Assembly (NCBI RefSeq): GCF_009914755.1
Contig: NC_060937.1
From: the human T2T-CHM13v2.0 reference genome, Homo sapiens
Direction: 5' to 3' (one strand)
Length of the DNA: 64,000 nt
Shown here: positions 13,926 through 31,060 of the stretch, one piece after another
How positions within the stretch are numbered: position 1 is the stretch's first letter
Layout: each line of letters starts with the position of its first letter
Program-made: the position numbers and the translations under genes
The notes under the pieces: model-generated
What the model saw: the letters and a program-made list of their open reading frames with translations, nothing else
What the model was told of the DNA's origin: nothing
Databases searched by the model: none

Positions 13926-16900
13926 TCATGTGGAAACAGACTAGAAATTATCATTGAACTCCCTGGGAACATATGATAGAGCCCAAAATGTTGGAGTGGT
14001 TTTAGGTTGAATAGTGTCTTGAGGGCTCTGTAAAATGCTGGGTGTAACATATGGTCAAAGTCGGCTTTAGATTCACTGACAAACTGCATTCAACAGAACC
14101 CTGCTATCATCCCCAAGACTTATTTAGAAGTTTCCTGAAAGAAAACATGTTATTAGTACAAGCAATTTCTCCACCAAGCATTACAAAACCTACCCAAACA
14201 TTACATTACAGAGGGGCCAATCTGAGACATGAAAAATGACACCAAAGAGTTTCATAAACACAGAATAAAGGGAAAACTGATATTCTAGTGAAGACAGTGC
14301 TAAAAGCCATTATCAGAAGATATGGATTACATCCTCTAAGAATACGAGGGAGGGAGATTGTGTTTATAGATATTTGGCCATGTCAGAAAAAAAAAAATAT
14401 TCTACCTGAGACTTAGGAACTTTAAATACTCTCCTCCAGAGTGCATGTGTTTCCCGAGGGAGTGAGAGAAGCTGTGAACAGGTACATTCACAGACCTTGT
14501 TTGGTTGCTGAAGGAGTATGCATGACTTGAATTCTGATGCAGGCTCACACAGTGAATCAAATGATTTGGTGCTGTCAGAAAAGACCATTCTTCTCTAGAG
14601 TAAAGCTGGATGAGGTCACTGTCTCCAAAACTGGATTATATTAAATTCTTAGGTTGCAAAAATTGTTTTGTGTATGGTGACTTTCCCTTAACTTGACCAA
14701 GTAAAACGGCCTTGTCCCTGAGCAAAAACCAGCCTGCCTTCATGTCTTTAAACAGATTGTTTTCCAAAGCTTACAAATGACCTCCAGCCTATAAAATATT
14801 CACATTGGTTTTTTTCCTTCAATATTTATTATTTAGAGTGTAGCCCTTTAAATATTCATCATATTTTTCTAAAGATATGGTATATATTATTTACATCTGG
14901 TCACATTATATTTTCATAGTGATGAAATGGACACATTGGAATCTTTCTGAAGTCAGGAACAAATAGGGTATTGGGCCAGATGCACACAACAGGTAGCCAG
15001 TGAGGTGGATTTGCGTCCAGAGATGATTGAGGGAAAATGGCAGGTGGCCTTCTCACAGTGACTACTCAGGAAAGATCCAGAGGAAATAAAGGGTCCAGGG
15101 TAGATGGACTTGGGGCCTCCTGTGGGTAGGTAGACAGCCATGGGCTGAAGGAGAAAGTCAAATATGTCTCATCAGAGAATTCACATGGGATACAAAAGCA
15201 ATAATGGAGTTCACAAACACAACTCAGAATTCAACAGGTCACCTCCTTAGAAAACCAAAGGGAAGGTGTTGGAATGTGTTTATGAGGATTGCAAAGACCC
15301 TTTAAGATGGGATTTATTCCATTTTTAATTAATTTCTCATGCTTTTTCCTTAAGCCAAGGTTTTTGAGGTCCCCCAGGTGTCCATCTTACCTGTGTAAAT
15401 TACAACTGGAATGACATTTAAGACAATAGTAGTCTGGAATCCTAATTAGAAGATTGGGGGGATCATCTGAGATCTCTCTCTCTCTCTTGCTCTGGGGGTA
15501 ATCGGGTCAAGGAAAATGAGTTTTGGTGTTTTTTTGTTTTTTGGGGTTTTTTTTCCCTAAAAGCCTGAATGAATTTGTCCATGCCTCCTTTACTCTCTAA
15601 AGTTACATTTGGAAAGAAGTCGCTGGCAGGTAATCAATCATTTTTGAAATCTTACTTCCCTTAGCAGATCATCAGCAATGCTGTTCGTGTATTTATTCAT
15701 TTGACAAATATTTATGAAGCACTGGTACACACAAAGCTCTGTTTACTGAGTCTCTGGCTGTGGAGCAGTTATTCCCTGGGAGCCAAGAAGTACAGCTGTT
15801 CTTTAGCAAATGAGTAGCTGAAGATTAGAGTGGTGGCTAAAAGCCATGGCTTCTACATGGACAAAATCATCCTGTTCTTGGAGGCTAAAACTTGGGAGGC
15901 TGTAATGCATTATTTTTGTTTTTGATCCCTGGGTGAAACTTATTAATTATTCTGCTTCCTAATCTTTCCCATGACAAGAGTTCAGCAACCACAAAAGAAC
16001 AAATAGCAGCGAAGCCTTATTTGCTTGAGAAGGAATATGGTGGTGTTCCCAGGGAGGGAATTTCCAGACAAATTAATATGTGCTCCCATAGCCCTTTGCT
16101 TAGCTAGGACTATAATGTTTGTTCCTTGTCTGTTACCCCTACTAGGCAGTGCTACAAACCCTTCAAGGATAGAGACTGTGTACAAGTCATATTTTGCATT
16201 CCCAGAGTCTACTATAAAACCTGTCTTATAAAAGGCACGTTAGAAGTGTTTAATGAAGGAATACTAGCCACAAAAGCCTTTTTTCTTATTTAACCAATGT
16301 TTTGGAACTTTTTCTGAACTGTACTACATTTTCTTGTCTCATTAAATCGATTTCGTTGAATGTTATTGAATTTTTACTTGCTAAGTCACTGATTTAAAAT
16401 ATATGGTATGAGTCCCTGTGCTATAGACTGGCGATCTGCAAACATTTTTGGTCTTGCACCTCTATCAGCAAAATATTCCGAATGATAAACAACCAGAGTA
16501 CCTATAAATATTTATACATAAATTGTAACATAAGCACTACTGAATTAACACATTCAGTACCTCATGAAATTTACATAAAAACAGAAACTTTTGAAAGATG
16601 AGAAAAAGATATTCTTTTTTATTTCTATTTTGTAATGTTCCAGATGTATCAAGAATAAGAGGAATATGATGCCTGCCATTATATTGTTTACTTGTGCTTG
16701 CTTTGTTTGAAATGAAAGAAATCCAAAGTTTCTTTTCAAAAGCTATTTAAGTCCTATTCCATTGAATGAGTTAGTTAAAACTAATTAATCTAATCCATAA
16801 ATGCCTTAGCCAGTACATATGCTGGATCAATACACCAGCAGCAAGTTAATGGTGGTGGAGGTGCCAATGCTGCCCCTCCCCACTATGAAAGTCTTACTCT

Positions 16901-17137
16901 GTCCCTAAGATAATTGAGAAATGGCGATCCCTGTACGGACTGATTGAAATATCAATCTCTAGATTAAATATTAGGAAAGCTTAATTCCTCTTGTATTTTT
17001 ATAAAGATAGAAATAGGAATTCTAATCCTGAATCACATTGAATCTCTTGCACACCCCCAGAGATGCACACACACTCCTGTCACCAACCCAACACACACAC
17101 TTCAAAAACCATAGTTATCAACTATGGCCATAGTAAG

Positions 17138-17330
17138 CCTAGTGGTTAAGAGTAATGATTCCAGCATCTGCATTTGAATTTGAATCTCATCTCCACCATT
17201 TACTAGATGTGTGGCAAGTTTTTTAGCCTTTCTAAGGCCTGTTTCCTTTTTGTATAAGGGTGTAATGATAATATTTTAGCACCGTCAGAGTTGTGAAGAT
17301 CGAATGCACGTGAGGGCCTCAGCTCAGTGA
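17138..17330 (+). mobile_element. MIR SINE
   Basis: tagtggttaagag...tttgaatctcatctccaccatttactagatgtgtg...gttgtgaagatcgaatg. Confidence 0.65.
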
Positions 17331-17759
17331 AAGCTCACAGTTAATCCCCATTTCTTTGAGTCAATTACTGCCCTCTGCTGAACCCAGCAGTTGCCATGTG
17401 CCCTGACAACAAAGTCTTGTCTCTTTCCCAACTTTTCATTATTTTTAACTTTTTCAATACTGAAATGGTGGGGAAAAAAATAGTAAAATGAACATCCATA
17501 TAACCCCCATACAGATTCAATAATGGTTGACTATTTTGCTATTTTCAAGTAAGTAAAAGATGCAGTGACACATTATCCCTAAGTATCTCAGCGTGAATCT
17601 CCTAAAAGCAAGGACAGTCTCCTATACAGCCACAACATCATGATCACACTTAAGAAAATTAGCACTTATTCAATAATATCAACTACTATTTATTCAACAT
17701 TCAAAATTATCAAAGTTCTTACTTACAGCTGGGTCCCTACCTCCAAATCCAGGAGTCAG

Positions 17760-17890
17760 TTTCTCTTCCTTCCTTCCTTTCTCTTCCTTCTTTCCTTCCC
17801 TCCCTCCTTCCTTCCTTTCTCTTTTTTCCTTCTCTTTGTTTCTTTCTTGCTTGCTTACTTTCTTGCTTTCTTCTTTCACTTGCCCTCTTT
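17760..17890. repeat. Polypyrimidine (TTCC/TTTC/TTGC)n low-complexity tract
   Basis: About 130 nt, almost all C/T, immediately 5' of the L1 insertion. Confidence 0.85.
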
Positions 17891-17934
17891 TGAAGCATTA
17901 AGGCCAGTTGTCTCATATAATATCTCATCACTGG

Positions 17935-18840
17935 GGGGAGGAGCCAAGATGGCCGAATAGGAACAGCTCCAGTCTACAGCTCCCAGCGTGAGTGACGCAG
18001 AAGACGGGTGATTTCTGCATTTCCAACTGAGGTACCAGGTTCATCTCACTAGGGAGTGCCAGACAGTGGGCGCAGGTCAGTGGGTGCGCGCACCGTGCGC
18101 GAGCCGAAGCAGGGCGAGGCATTGCCTCACTTGGGAAGCGCAAGGGGTCAGGGAGTTCCCTTTCCGAGTCAAAGAAAGGGGTGACTGACGGCACCTGGAA
18201 AATCGGGTCACTCCCACCCGAATACTGCACTTTTCCGACGGGCTTAAAAAACGGCGCACCACGAGAGTATATCCCGCACCTGGCTCGGAGGGTCCTACGC
18301 CCACGGAGTCTCGCTGATTGCTAGCACAGCAGTCTGAGATCAAACTGCAAGGCGGCAGCGAGGCTGGGGGAGGGGCGCCCGCCATTGCCCAGGCTTGATT
18401 AGGTAAACAAAGCAGCCTGGAAGCTCGAACTGGGTGGAGCCCACCACAGCTCAAGGAGGCCTGCCTGCCTCTGTAGGCTCCACCTCTGGGGGCAGGGCAC
18501 AAACAAACAAAAAGACAGCAGTAACCTCTGCAGACTTAAATGTCCCTGTCTGACAGCTTTGAAGAGAGCAGTGGTTCTCCCAGCAGGCAGCTGGAGATCT
18601 GAGAATGGGCAGACTGCCTCCTCAAGTGGGTCCCTGACCCCTGACCCCCAAGCAGCCTAACTGGGAGGCACCCCCCAGCAGGAGCACACTGACACCTCAC
18701 ACGGCAGGGTATTCCAACAGACCTGCAGCTGAGGGTCCTATCTGTTAGAAGGAAAACTAAAAAACAGAAAGGACATCCACACCAAAACCCCATCTGTACA
18801 TCACCATCATCAAAGACCAAAAGTAGATAAAACCACAAAA
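17935..18840 (+). promoter_or_regulatory. L1 5' UTR internal sense/antisense promoter; CpG-rich; intact YY1 site
   Basis: CAAGATGGCC at 17945-17954; dense CpGs about 17990-18400; AAACAAA SOX-like motifs near 18405 and 18505. Confidence 0.8.
18077..18385 (-). CDS. L1 antisense ORF0-like ORF, 102 aa (MAGAPPPASLPPCSLISDCCASNQRDSVGVGPSEPG...)
   Basis: ATG at 18385-18383 inside the L1 5' UTR; N-terminus matches primate L1 ORF0; open to the stop at 18077. Expression unknown. Confidence 0.55.
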   Translation of the reverse strand: MAGAPPPASLPPCSLISDCCASNQRDSVGVGPSEPGAGYTLVVRRFLSPSEKCSIRVGVTRFSRCRQSPLSLTRKGNSLTPCASQVRQCLALLRLAHGARTH

Positions 18841-19857
18841 ATGGAGAAAAAACAGAACAGAAAAACTGGAAACTCTAAAAAGCAGAGCGCCTCTCCTCCT
18901 CCAAAGGAACGCAGTTCCTCACCAGCAATGGAACAAAGCTGGATGGAGAATGACTTTGACGAGCTGAGAGAAGAAGGCTTCAGACGATCAAATTACTCTG
19001 AGCTACGGGAGGACATTCAAACCAAAGGCAAAGAAGTTGAAAACTTTGAAAAAAATTTAGAAGAATGTATAACTAGAATAACCAATACAGAGAAGTGCTT
19101 AAAGGAGCTGATGGAGCTGAAAACCAAGGCTCGAGAACTACGTGAAAAATGCAGAAGCCTCAGGAGCCGATGCGATCAATTGGAAGAAAGCGTATCAGCA
19201 ATGGAAGATGAAATGAATTAAATGAAGCGAGAACGGAAGTTTAGAGAAAAAAGAATAAAAAGAAATGATCAAAGCCTCCAAGAAATATGGGACTATGTGA
19301 AAAGACCAAATCTACGTCTGATTGGCGTACCTGAAAGTGATGGGGAGAATGGAACCAAGTTGGAAAACACTCTGCAGGATATTATCCAGGAGAACTTCCC
19401 CAATCTAGCAAGGCAGGCCAACATTCACATTCAGGAAATACAGAGAACGCCACAAAGATACTCCTCGAGAAGAGGAACTTCAAGACACATAATTGTCAGA
19501 TTCACCAAATTTGAAATGAAGGAAAAAATGTTAAGGGCAGCCAGAGAGAAAGGTCGGGTTACCCTCAAAGGGAAGCCCATCAGACTAACAGCGGATCTCT
19601 CGGCAGAAACCCTACAAGCCAGAAGAGAGTGGGGGCCAATATTCAACATTCTTAAACAAAAGAATTTTCAACCCAGAATTTCATATCCAGCCAAACTAAG
19701 CTTCATAAGTGAAGGAGAAATAAAATACTTTACAGACAAGCAAATGCTGAGAGATTTTGTCACCACCAGTCCTGCCCTAAAAGAGCTCCTGAAGGAAGCG
19801 CTAAACATGGAAAGGAACAACCGATACCAGCCACTGCAAAATCATGCCAAAGTGTAA
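18841..19857 (+). pseudogene. L1 ORF1 (338 codons) interrupted by one in-frame nonsense codon at 19219-19221
   Basis: The two track ORFs (126 aa and 211 aa) are in the same frame, separated only by TAA; REKG, ARR and YPAKLS motifs are retained. Confidence 0.93.
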
Positions 19858-19920
19858 AGACCATCGAGACTAGGAAGAAACTGCATCAACTAACGAGCAA
19901 AATCACCAGCTAACATCATA

Positions 19921-23725
<3,805 letters not shown>

Positions 23726-25416
23726 ACAATGAGAACACATGGACAAAGGAAGGGGAACATCACACTCTGGGGACTGTTGTGGGGTGGGGGGAGACGTGAG
23801 GGATAGCATTGGGAGATATACCTAATGCTAGATGACGAGTTAGTGGGTGCAGTGCACCAGCATGGCACATGTATACATATGTAACTAACCTGCACAATGT
23901 GCACATGTACCCTAAAACTTAAAGTATAATAATAAAATAATAATAATAATAATAATATCTCATCACTGGATGTGTCTGATTATTTATGGTGTTACTTAGT
24001 TTTTTCCTCTATTGCCAGTATTTCCTGTAAACTGATTTTTTTAAGTCAGAAACTTGATGGGATTCAGGTGAAATATTTGGAGCAAGATTAATTCTTAGGT
24101 GAATTTGTCACAGAAGAGTACTTAGATAGTTCTTTCTGGTCACTGGCTTTGCTATTCTGTTTTTAGCAATCATTCCACCTTGTCACCTTCCTCCCTCTTT
24201 TGTCTAATTTTACAGTACTGTAATGGTAGGTATGAGAAGGATGCCCTCTCTTCCTAATAGAGTCAAGTGTTCATGGTCCTTTTGACAGGTCTTAAACTAA
24301 GAGTGTTTGTCTCTACTGACATCAGAAGTTGCAATTATCAGAAATCAGAATCAGCTCCAGATAAATCCTAAAAGAGGGCTCATGTTTTTCCTATGGACCC
24401 CAACAGTATATGTTTGGATCAGTTTCCAGAGACATAACAGTAGTTGTTGTTTAACTTCCAGAATCTATCAATAGCATAGATGAAAAAAGTAATACTTAAA
24501 TATTACTGGGATTACTAATATTACAGCATTACTAATACAATATTGGAGCGATCGTAAATACTGTTCACAAGTATTGGTAAGAGTTCATTTGTCCTAGAAT
24601 AGCTCATCCAGGAATCAGAGAAAGGAAATTGTTCTAAATTTTGTATTTTATCCCAAGTCCTTGTTCCCATCTGGTGTGTTATTAATGAATTAGGGCTCAC
24701 TGTCATTGTCAGTAATATATTTGTACTAAGAGTGTTTGTTAACATAAAGCTTAATTCACAGTTGTGTGCACTTAAGTTTCCAGGAAAAAAAACCAAAAAA
24801 ACAAAAAAACAAAAACCTCAGGTCCGGAGCTACAGCAGAGCAGTTACATATATTATTCAGAAATATAAATAAATAAAATGAGAAAAACATTTCTAAATGA
24901 TGTGCAAGTTGAAAGGCCTTCCTGATATTGAAAAATAAACTGCCATCATTCAGATATAAATGAATCAAAGGCATGTTCTTTTCCAGTGGCTAATAGTGTC
25001 CATTTTTTCAGCCGTCTGCCTCACCATCACCGTCTGCAGGTGAATTGGCCAGTGTTTCCGTGCAGAATGTTAAAACGGCATCTACATTTCTCACTGCTCC
25101 TTTGATGTTATCTCCTTCAACTGCACAATGAAAACGCACAGCTACTGAAATGCCAGAGGGAACACACTCTGATTATAAATGTGCTGGGGTAAACAATGAG
25201 AGAAAACCCACATCCCCATTATCGCGACGGGCTCCTCACTTAGCCAAATACAACCCCACAGTTTTCTCCCACCCCTCTTGGGACGATGAACACACAGTAT
25301 TGTGACCCCAGCTAATTTGTGTTAACCATACAGTCTATGACCTTGTAATAGAATGGGACAATTCAATCCATTATCTTAACCAACATTTATTGAGCATGTA
25401 CTGTGTGCTTAGACCT

Positions 25417-25522
25417 GTGTGACCAACTAATCCTGGTTTACCTGGGACGTTCCCATTTTAGTGCTGAAAACTCGTCACCCTGGAATCCCCTAAGCTGTGG
25501 CAAATAGGACTATTAGTCACTT
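25417..25522. mobile_element. MER94-like hAT-Blackjack MITE nested in an L2 fragment (about 25375-25760)
   Basis: Termini gtgaccaact...tagtcac; flanks caacatttattgagcatgtactgtgtg are L2 3'-end-like. Confidence 0.6.
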
Positions 25523-26149
25523 GACCCATACTGGACACTGTGGATAAAGATAAATTACAACCCTATTTCTGCCAACAAAAAGCATGTTGTCTAAAAGAGA
25601 ATCAGAAAAATAAGCCAATTATTAGAGTTTGGAGTGATCAGTAGTTAGAATCATCAAGAGGGCACAGCGCAGCGCAGAAAGCTGAATCTAAATCTAAGCT
25701 GGGGACCCAAGAACGCACCCCGAAGAAGACAACGTTTGAGAATAATTTAAAGAATGAGTAGTGCAACATCCACCATTAAATTCTGCACATACTGAAAGGA
25801 GACACCTGTGGGACGGCATGCAACTTTGTTCTTTATCTGAGTCTCAAAATCTGTGTATCTGGTTTAGATTCCCATAACGTGGAGGTAGGATTGTAGTACA
25901 AAATCAGAAGAAAGAGAATGCTCATTCTTAGTTTATTTTATTATGGGACAGAATAAACCTGACAGTATTTCAGTCCTAAAGGTCGTGGTCATTTTCTGAA
26001 CCAGATATAAATATAAAACATGTATTTCTTTCTCTGAGGATTGTTTTGAAAAGAGTAAGAATGAGTGGCCTATTGTGGGCACGCCTTTAATGGAGGTTAG
26101 GGCACCAAAGTGGACACTACGTAGAACAAATAAAATGTGAGAAATTGTT

Positions 26150-26960
26150 TTTCACATTTTCACATTTTACTTTGAAAAAAAAGTCAAACTTAACTGAAAA
26201 TTGCATTTTTTGAAAAATTTTATACTCTTCATCTAGCTTTGCCGGATATTAAAAAGTTGCCACATTTACCTTTTCTCTTTTTCTTTATACATCTGTATAT
26301 TTATTGTTATTCTTGATTATTACTGAGCTGTTGTAGAGCAAGTTGTGGAAATTATACCCCTTTCATTTTAAATCCTCTAGCGTGTGTCTCCCAAGAGTAC
26401 AGTATTCTCCTGTGTTACCACAGTATGATTTTATGTCCAGGAAATTTAACACTACATAATACTATTATCTAATAGAGAGCCAGCATACAAATTTTGCCCA
26501 CTATCACAATAATGTCTTTTATTGGCAATTATCCTTCTGACCTAGCATTTAGTCCAGAGCCCTCTGCTGCATTTGGCTATCATGTCTCTTATTCTTCATC
26601 TGGAAGGACTCTTCAGCTTTTTCTTGTCTTTTATGATGGACATTTTTGATGAGTAGAGGCCAGCTGGTTTTCAGAATGCCCCTGAGTTTCGGTTTGTCTG
26701 ATATGTCCTCATGATTAGATTCAGATTATAAATTTGGGGCTGCCTAAGTGATGTGTCCATCTTGGGACATCACATCAGGAGGAACAAGTGACCAATTTGT
26801 CCCCTTGCTTCATCACTTGATGAAGGTGGCAGCCTGCCAAGTTTCCACACTGTAAAATTACTAGTTTTCCTTTTGTAATTAATAAATAATCTGTGTTACT
26901 AGGTACTTTGAGATTCTGTAAATATCCCATTCCCCATCAAATGTTGACTCAACATTTTTT
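26150..26960 (-). mobile_element. Old L1M (L1MC/ME-like) 3' fragment
   Basis: Degenerate L1M 3' UTR motifs (ggaaatttaacac, gtttgtctgatatgtcctcatgattagattcag, ttttccttttgtaattaataaataat); similar pieces at about 17430-17720 and 23960-24110. Confidence 0.55.
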
Positions 26961-26966
26961 TACGTC

Positions 26967-27382
26967 TGTATTCGTTTGCTAAGGCCATCATAACAAAGTA
27001 CCACAAACTGAGTTACTTAAAACAACAGACATTTACTATCCCACAGTTCTGGGGCTGGAAGTCTGAAATCAAGGTGTCGGCGGGGTTGGGTCCTTCTGAG
27101 GGCTAGGAGGAAAGGATCCCTTCTAGACCTCTCTCCTTCGCTTGTAAATGGGCATCTTCTTCCTGTGTCTCTTCATATTTTCTTTCCTCTGTGTGTGTCT
27201 GTGTGCTCAAATTTCCCCTTTTTATCAGCACATATCATATTGAGTGAGGGCCCACCCACATGACTTCACTTTAACTTCTTTAGCTCTGTCATGACCCTAT
27301 CTCAAAATAAAGTCACATTCTGAGGTACCAAGGGTTAGGAATTTAACACGTTAAGGGGAGGAAAAGAATTCAATTCATAACA
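26967..27382 (-). mobile_element. MLT1 (ERVL-MaLR) solo LTR
   Basis: tgtattcgtttgctaagg...aacaaagtaccacaaactg...cacagttctggggctggaagtctgaaatcaaggtg...cataaca. Confidence 0.8.
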
Positions 27383-28147
27383 GATGCATTCCAGCCATCT
27401 CTGGACTTTCCCAATGTTCATTATGAAGCCAAAATGAAATTAAATTCCTCTTCCTACCCTTTCTGCAAGTGAAAAGTCAGTGTTCAGCCTGAAGACACTT
27501 AAGATGCTGGCACTAAGCTTTTCCTGGCCATCCATCCACAGGGCTGTGAATTTTACACTTACCCGTATTTAGAATGACTTCTCTTTCAGTTCTAGAGATT
27601 TTTAAGAGGGTTTGGTTTATTGCTTACCACCCATGTGTGTGCTCTAAGGGCCTGTCATTTGCACTAGAGCATAAGTACCAGCAGCTGAATTAGTGGCAAT
27701 ATTTATTTTTTGCAGAAACAAGGAGTCCATTGGGAAAAGTATTTATCTCTTGGTGCATTTGTTTTGGTACAGTTGTCTGACATGCAAGCAAATGAATTCT
27801 AGAGACTATACTTGGGGTGTTCACAATAGGGACTGTCAGCAGGAGAGGGACCCGAAGCCAGGCGTGATGCTTCGTAAGTTTTTAATTCAAAGGATTGAAG
27901 GACAGAAAAGATGGAAAACAAAAAGCCAATTACCTGAGAACTCTCGTCTAGAGGAGGACTGAGGGAGAGGAAAGGAGGCTTTCCCGGGCAATAAACCCTG
28001 CAGTGCAGTGTCTCTCTCTTAAAACTGTTAAAGAGTTCCTGCTGGTCATATCACAGGTTCTATAACCCTCGCCTGCGTACGTCCTTGTGTAGAAATGGGG
28101 AAAGCCTGAGCAGAATACTCACTTGCTTTCCTTGGTTTCTTGATCAG

Positions 28148-28284
28148 GTCACAGACATAAAAGAGAAATTGAAGCTCTCTAAAAAGGTCTGGTCAGCATT
28201 ACCCTACACTATCTGCAAGGACGAGAGCGTGACAGCGGGCACGTCCAACGAGGAGGAATGCTGGAACGGGCACAGCAAAGCCAG
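28148..28284 (+). CDS. GPC6: Glypican-6 coding exon (exon 7), 137 nt: [45 protein letters not shown](R)
   Basis: Polypyrimidine tract plus 'gatcag' acceptor ending 28147; donor AG|GTGAGG at 28285; glypican motifs W..LP..IC and CWNG; splices in frame to the next exon. Confidence 0.97.
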
Positions 28285-29182
28285 GTGAGGGTGACTCGAT
28301 GTGTGCATGGATGGGGGCACAGCACACCCAGCCTTGGAAGACTCTCCTGGCACAACTCTACAAACCTGTTTATGCAAAAAGCAACAGAGGGTGGAGGGAC
28401 AAGTCATCACTTAGCAACAGCTGTTGAGAGTGACAGGTTTGATGGGCACCTGGGAGCACTTACTCTTAAGGTGCCATTAAGCGTGGAATCCTCATTCAGA
28501 ATGTCTTGCCTCTGGATGAGGACAGAGGAATGGTGGCAGATGCCAGGTTTCAGATACCCTGAGATCACAAAGAGCCCTTTCATGTTCACTTAATGGCTTT
28601 AAGATACTGAAGTTATTTTTATCCATAGTTAAATTTCCAGGGCTCTTTTTTTCATCAAAAGTTAAATAGGAAATGAAAATTCAACTGTTTTTTTCACTCT
28701 TGTTGGAAAAAAAATTGAAGTGTTCATTGGCAACGTAACAGAAAATGTCTGAGGGACACTGAGAAATGGTTCTAATAGGCAACACACTTTGGGAAGTCCC
28801 ATCGGAACCTCCTGACAAGAGACAGCAGTTTTCATCATTCTGCTCTGCTGACCAGTGCTGTGGGGACTTGATATGGAATTTCTGAATTTGTTGATTCAGC
28901 CCAGAAACGGGCTTGGCCTGGATTTTCATAGGGTGGGGAGGCTGGATGGGAGGACTGGTTGGGAGTTGGCAGGCAGGGCAGGACACGAGGACAGGAATCT
29001 GCCAAAGCCCTCAGCAATGGGGTTGCAAGCGGGTAAAGTAGCTGGTAAATTGGACTCAAGGGATCTTTGAGGATTGACCAGTGGGTGGAGATGCTAAGAG
29101 GGGAGTCTGTTCTGGTGCTTGACTGAGCAGTTTCAAGCATATGAAGCAGCTGTGATCAAAAGGAAACAAGAAGGTGTGTGGT

Positions 29183-29313
29183 TGCCAGGAGCGGTGGCTC
29201 ACGCCTGTAATCCCAACACTTTGGGGGGCCAAGGTGGGAAGATAGCTTGAGCCCAAGAGTTTGAAACCAGCCTGAGCAACATTGTGAAACCATGTCTCTA
29301 CAAAAATAAATAT
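29183..29313 (+). mobile_element. FLAM / AluJ left monomer
   Basis: gcggtggctcacgcctgtaatcccaacac...gtctctacaaaaataaa. Confidence 0.85.
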
Positions 29314-29451
29314 AAATCTTTGGCTATTAATATAAAGTGCATGGCTATTAAGTTGAGAAGAAACTGCAGAAGTTAAGCAGGAGGTGCAAGGGAGGTGCAC
29401 GTTAGGTGTTATTTCTTACCCTGCTGAGTTGCATTTTTTAGCATCTGTTGC

Positions 29452-29816
29452 TTTATTAGTCCATTCTCATGCTGCTATAAAGAACTTCCCTGAGACTGGG
29501 TAATTTATAAAGGAAAGAGGCTTGATTGACCCACAGTTCCCTATAGCTGGGGAGGCCTCAGGAAACTTACAATCATGGCAGAAGACAAAGGCGAAGCAGG
29601 TGCCTTCCTCACAAGGTGGCAGGAGAGAGAAGTACAAGTAAAGGGGGAAGAGGCCCTTATAAAAGCACCACATCTCATGAGAACTCACTCACTATCATGA
29701 GAACAGCATGAGGGAAACCACCCCCTTGATCCAAGGTCCTGTTCTCAACACATAGGGATTATGGGGATTGCAATTCAAGATGGGAATTGGTGGGGACACA
29801 GAGCCAAACCATACCA
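29452..29816 (-). mobile_element. THE1/MST (MaLR) solo LTR
   Basis: attagtccattctcatgctgctataaag...gagactgggtaatttataaaggaaagagg; TSD GTTGC/ATTGC. Confidence 0.85.
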
Positions 29817-30735
29817 ATTGCTAATGACATTATTAACCATACCAGGAAGAGTTTAGCAAGGTGAAAGCAAGATACCTACACAAAGAGCTCTAACCATTTC
29901 AAAATGCTCAAAATATCAATATCAAATCATAGATCATGAGAAGGAAATTAGTTATGATATTAACAACATGCCACTAAAAAATATTTAGCATTTTACCAGT
30001 GTCTGGCTTTTTAGCTAGGAGACCTTTGGCCAGAAAATTCAGCTATGAATTAACAGCTTCTAGTGTGTATTTTCCCGATGACTGTACAGAAAGACACTGT
30101 GAAGAATGGCCAGATGGCCTAATGAATAAAATGCTTGGTTTTTTGAGCTTCTCTGTTTCCCATCTGTGTTTACCTTTAAGCCTTGGCTAACATAAAGCCT
30201 GGGTTTTGAACTGCTATTCCCACAGATTGTCACACAGGTTGCTGATATTAGTCCATATGCAATTTCTTACAAAAGGAAATATTTTTTTAAAAAAAGGCCA
30301 TGGGCGAAGTTAGGGGAAGAGACTAAACACTACCAAGAATATGAATGGGGAATATAAAGACCACTGAAGTTAGAGCTGGAGGAGATCAGGATGGCAGACA
30401 AGTTCCTCATTGTGCAGATTAAGAACTCAGACAGGGTAAACAATTAGTCCACTGTTACCCAATGAACAAGGGTGAAAGCTGGGAATCTCCCAAATCCTAG
30501 CCCAGTATTTTTTTTATGGCAATACCCTACCTCTTAAGCAAACAACAGCTAAATACTGTCCTCCCCAAGTTAGGAGAACAAATGAGACAGATCCTAAGTG
30601 CTATAAAAGCTTCAGTGGTTCTACAGCATTCATTGAGTCAGTCCACCAGTCCATCAGCAGTATGATTAAGTACTCCCTGTGTCCCAGGCTCTGTGCAAGG
30701 CCCTGTAGATTAAGTGCTGTAAGATGGCAATGGGA

Positions 30736-31060
<325 letters not shown>

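Noticed and set aside
17640-17960. Phe/Leu-rich transmembrane-like ORF and Lys/Glu/Arg-rich antisense ORFs
   Set aside because: Translations of the polypyrimidine low-complexity tract.
17990-18400. CpG island as a host-gene promoter
   Set aside because: Fully explained by the L1 5' UTR.
28258-29140. Several ORFs of about 100 aa after exon 7
   Set aside because: No recognisable homology or splice architecture; they lie in a GC-richer intron start.
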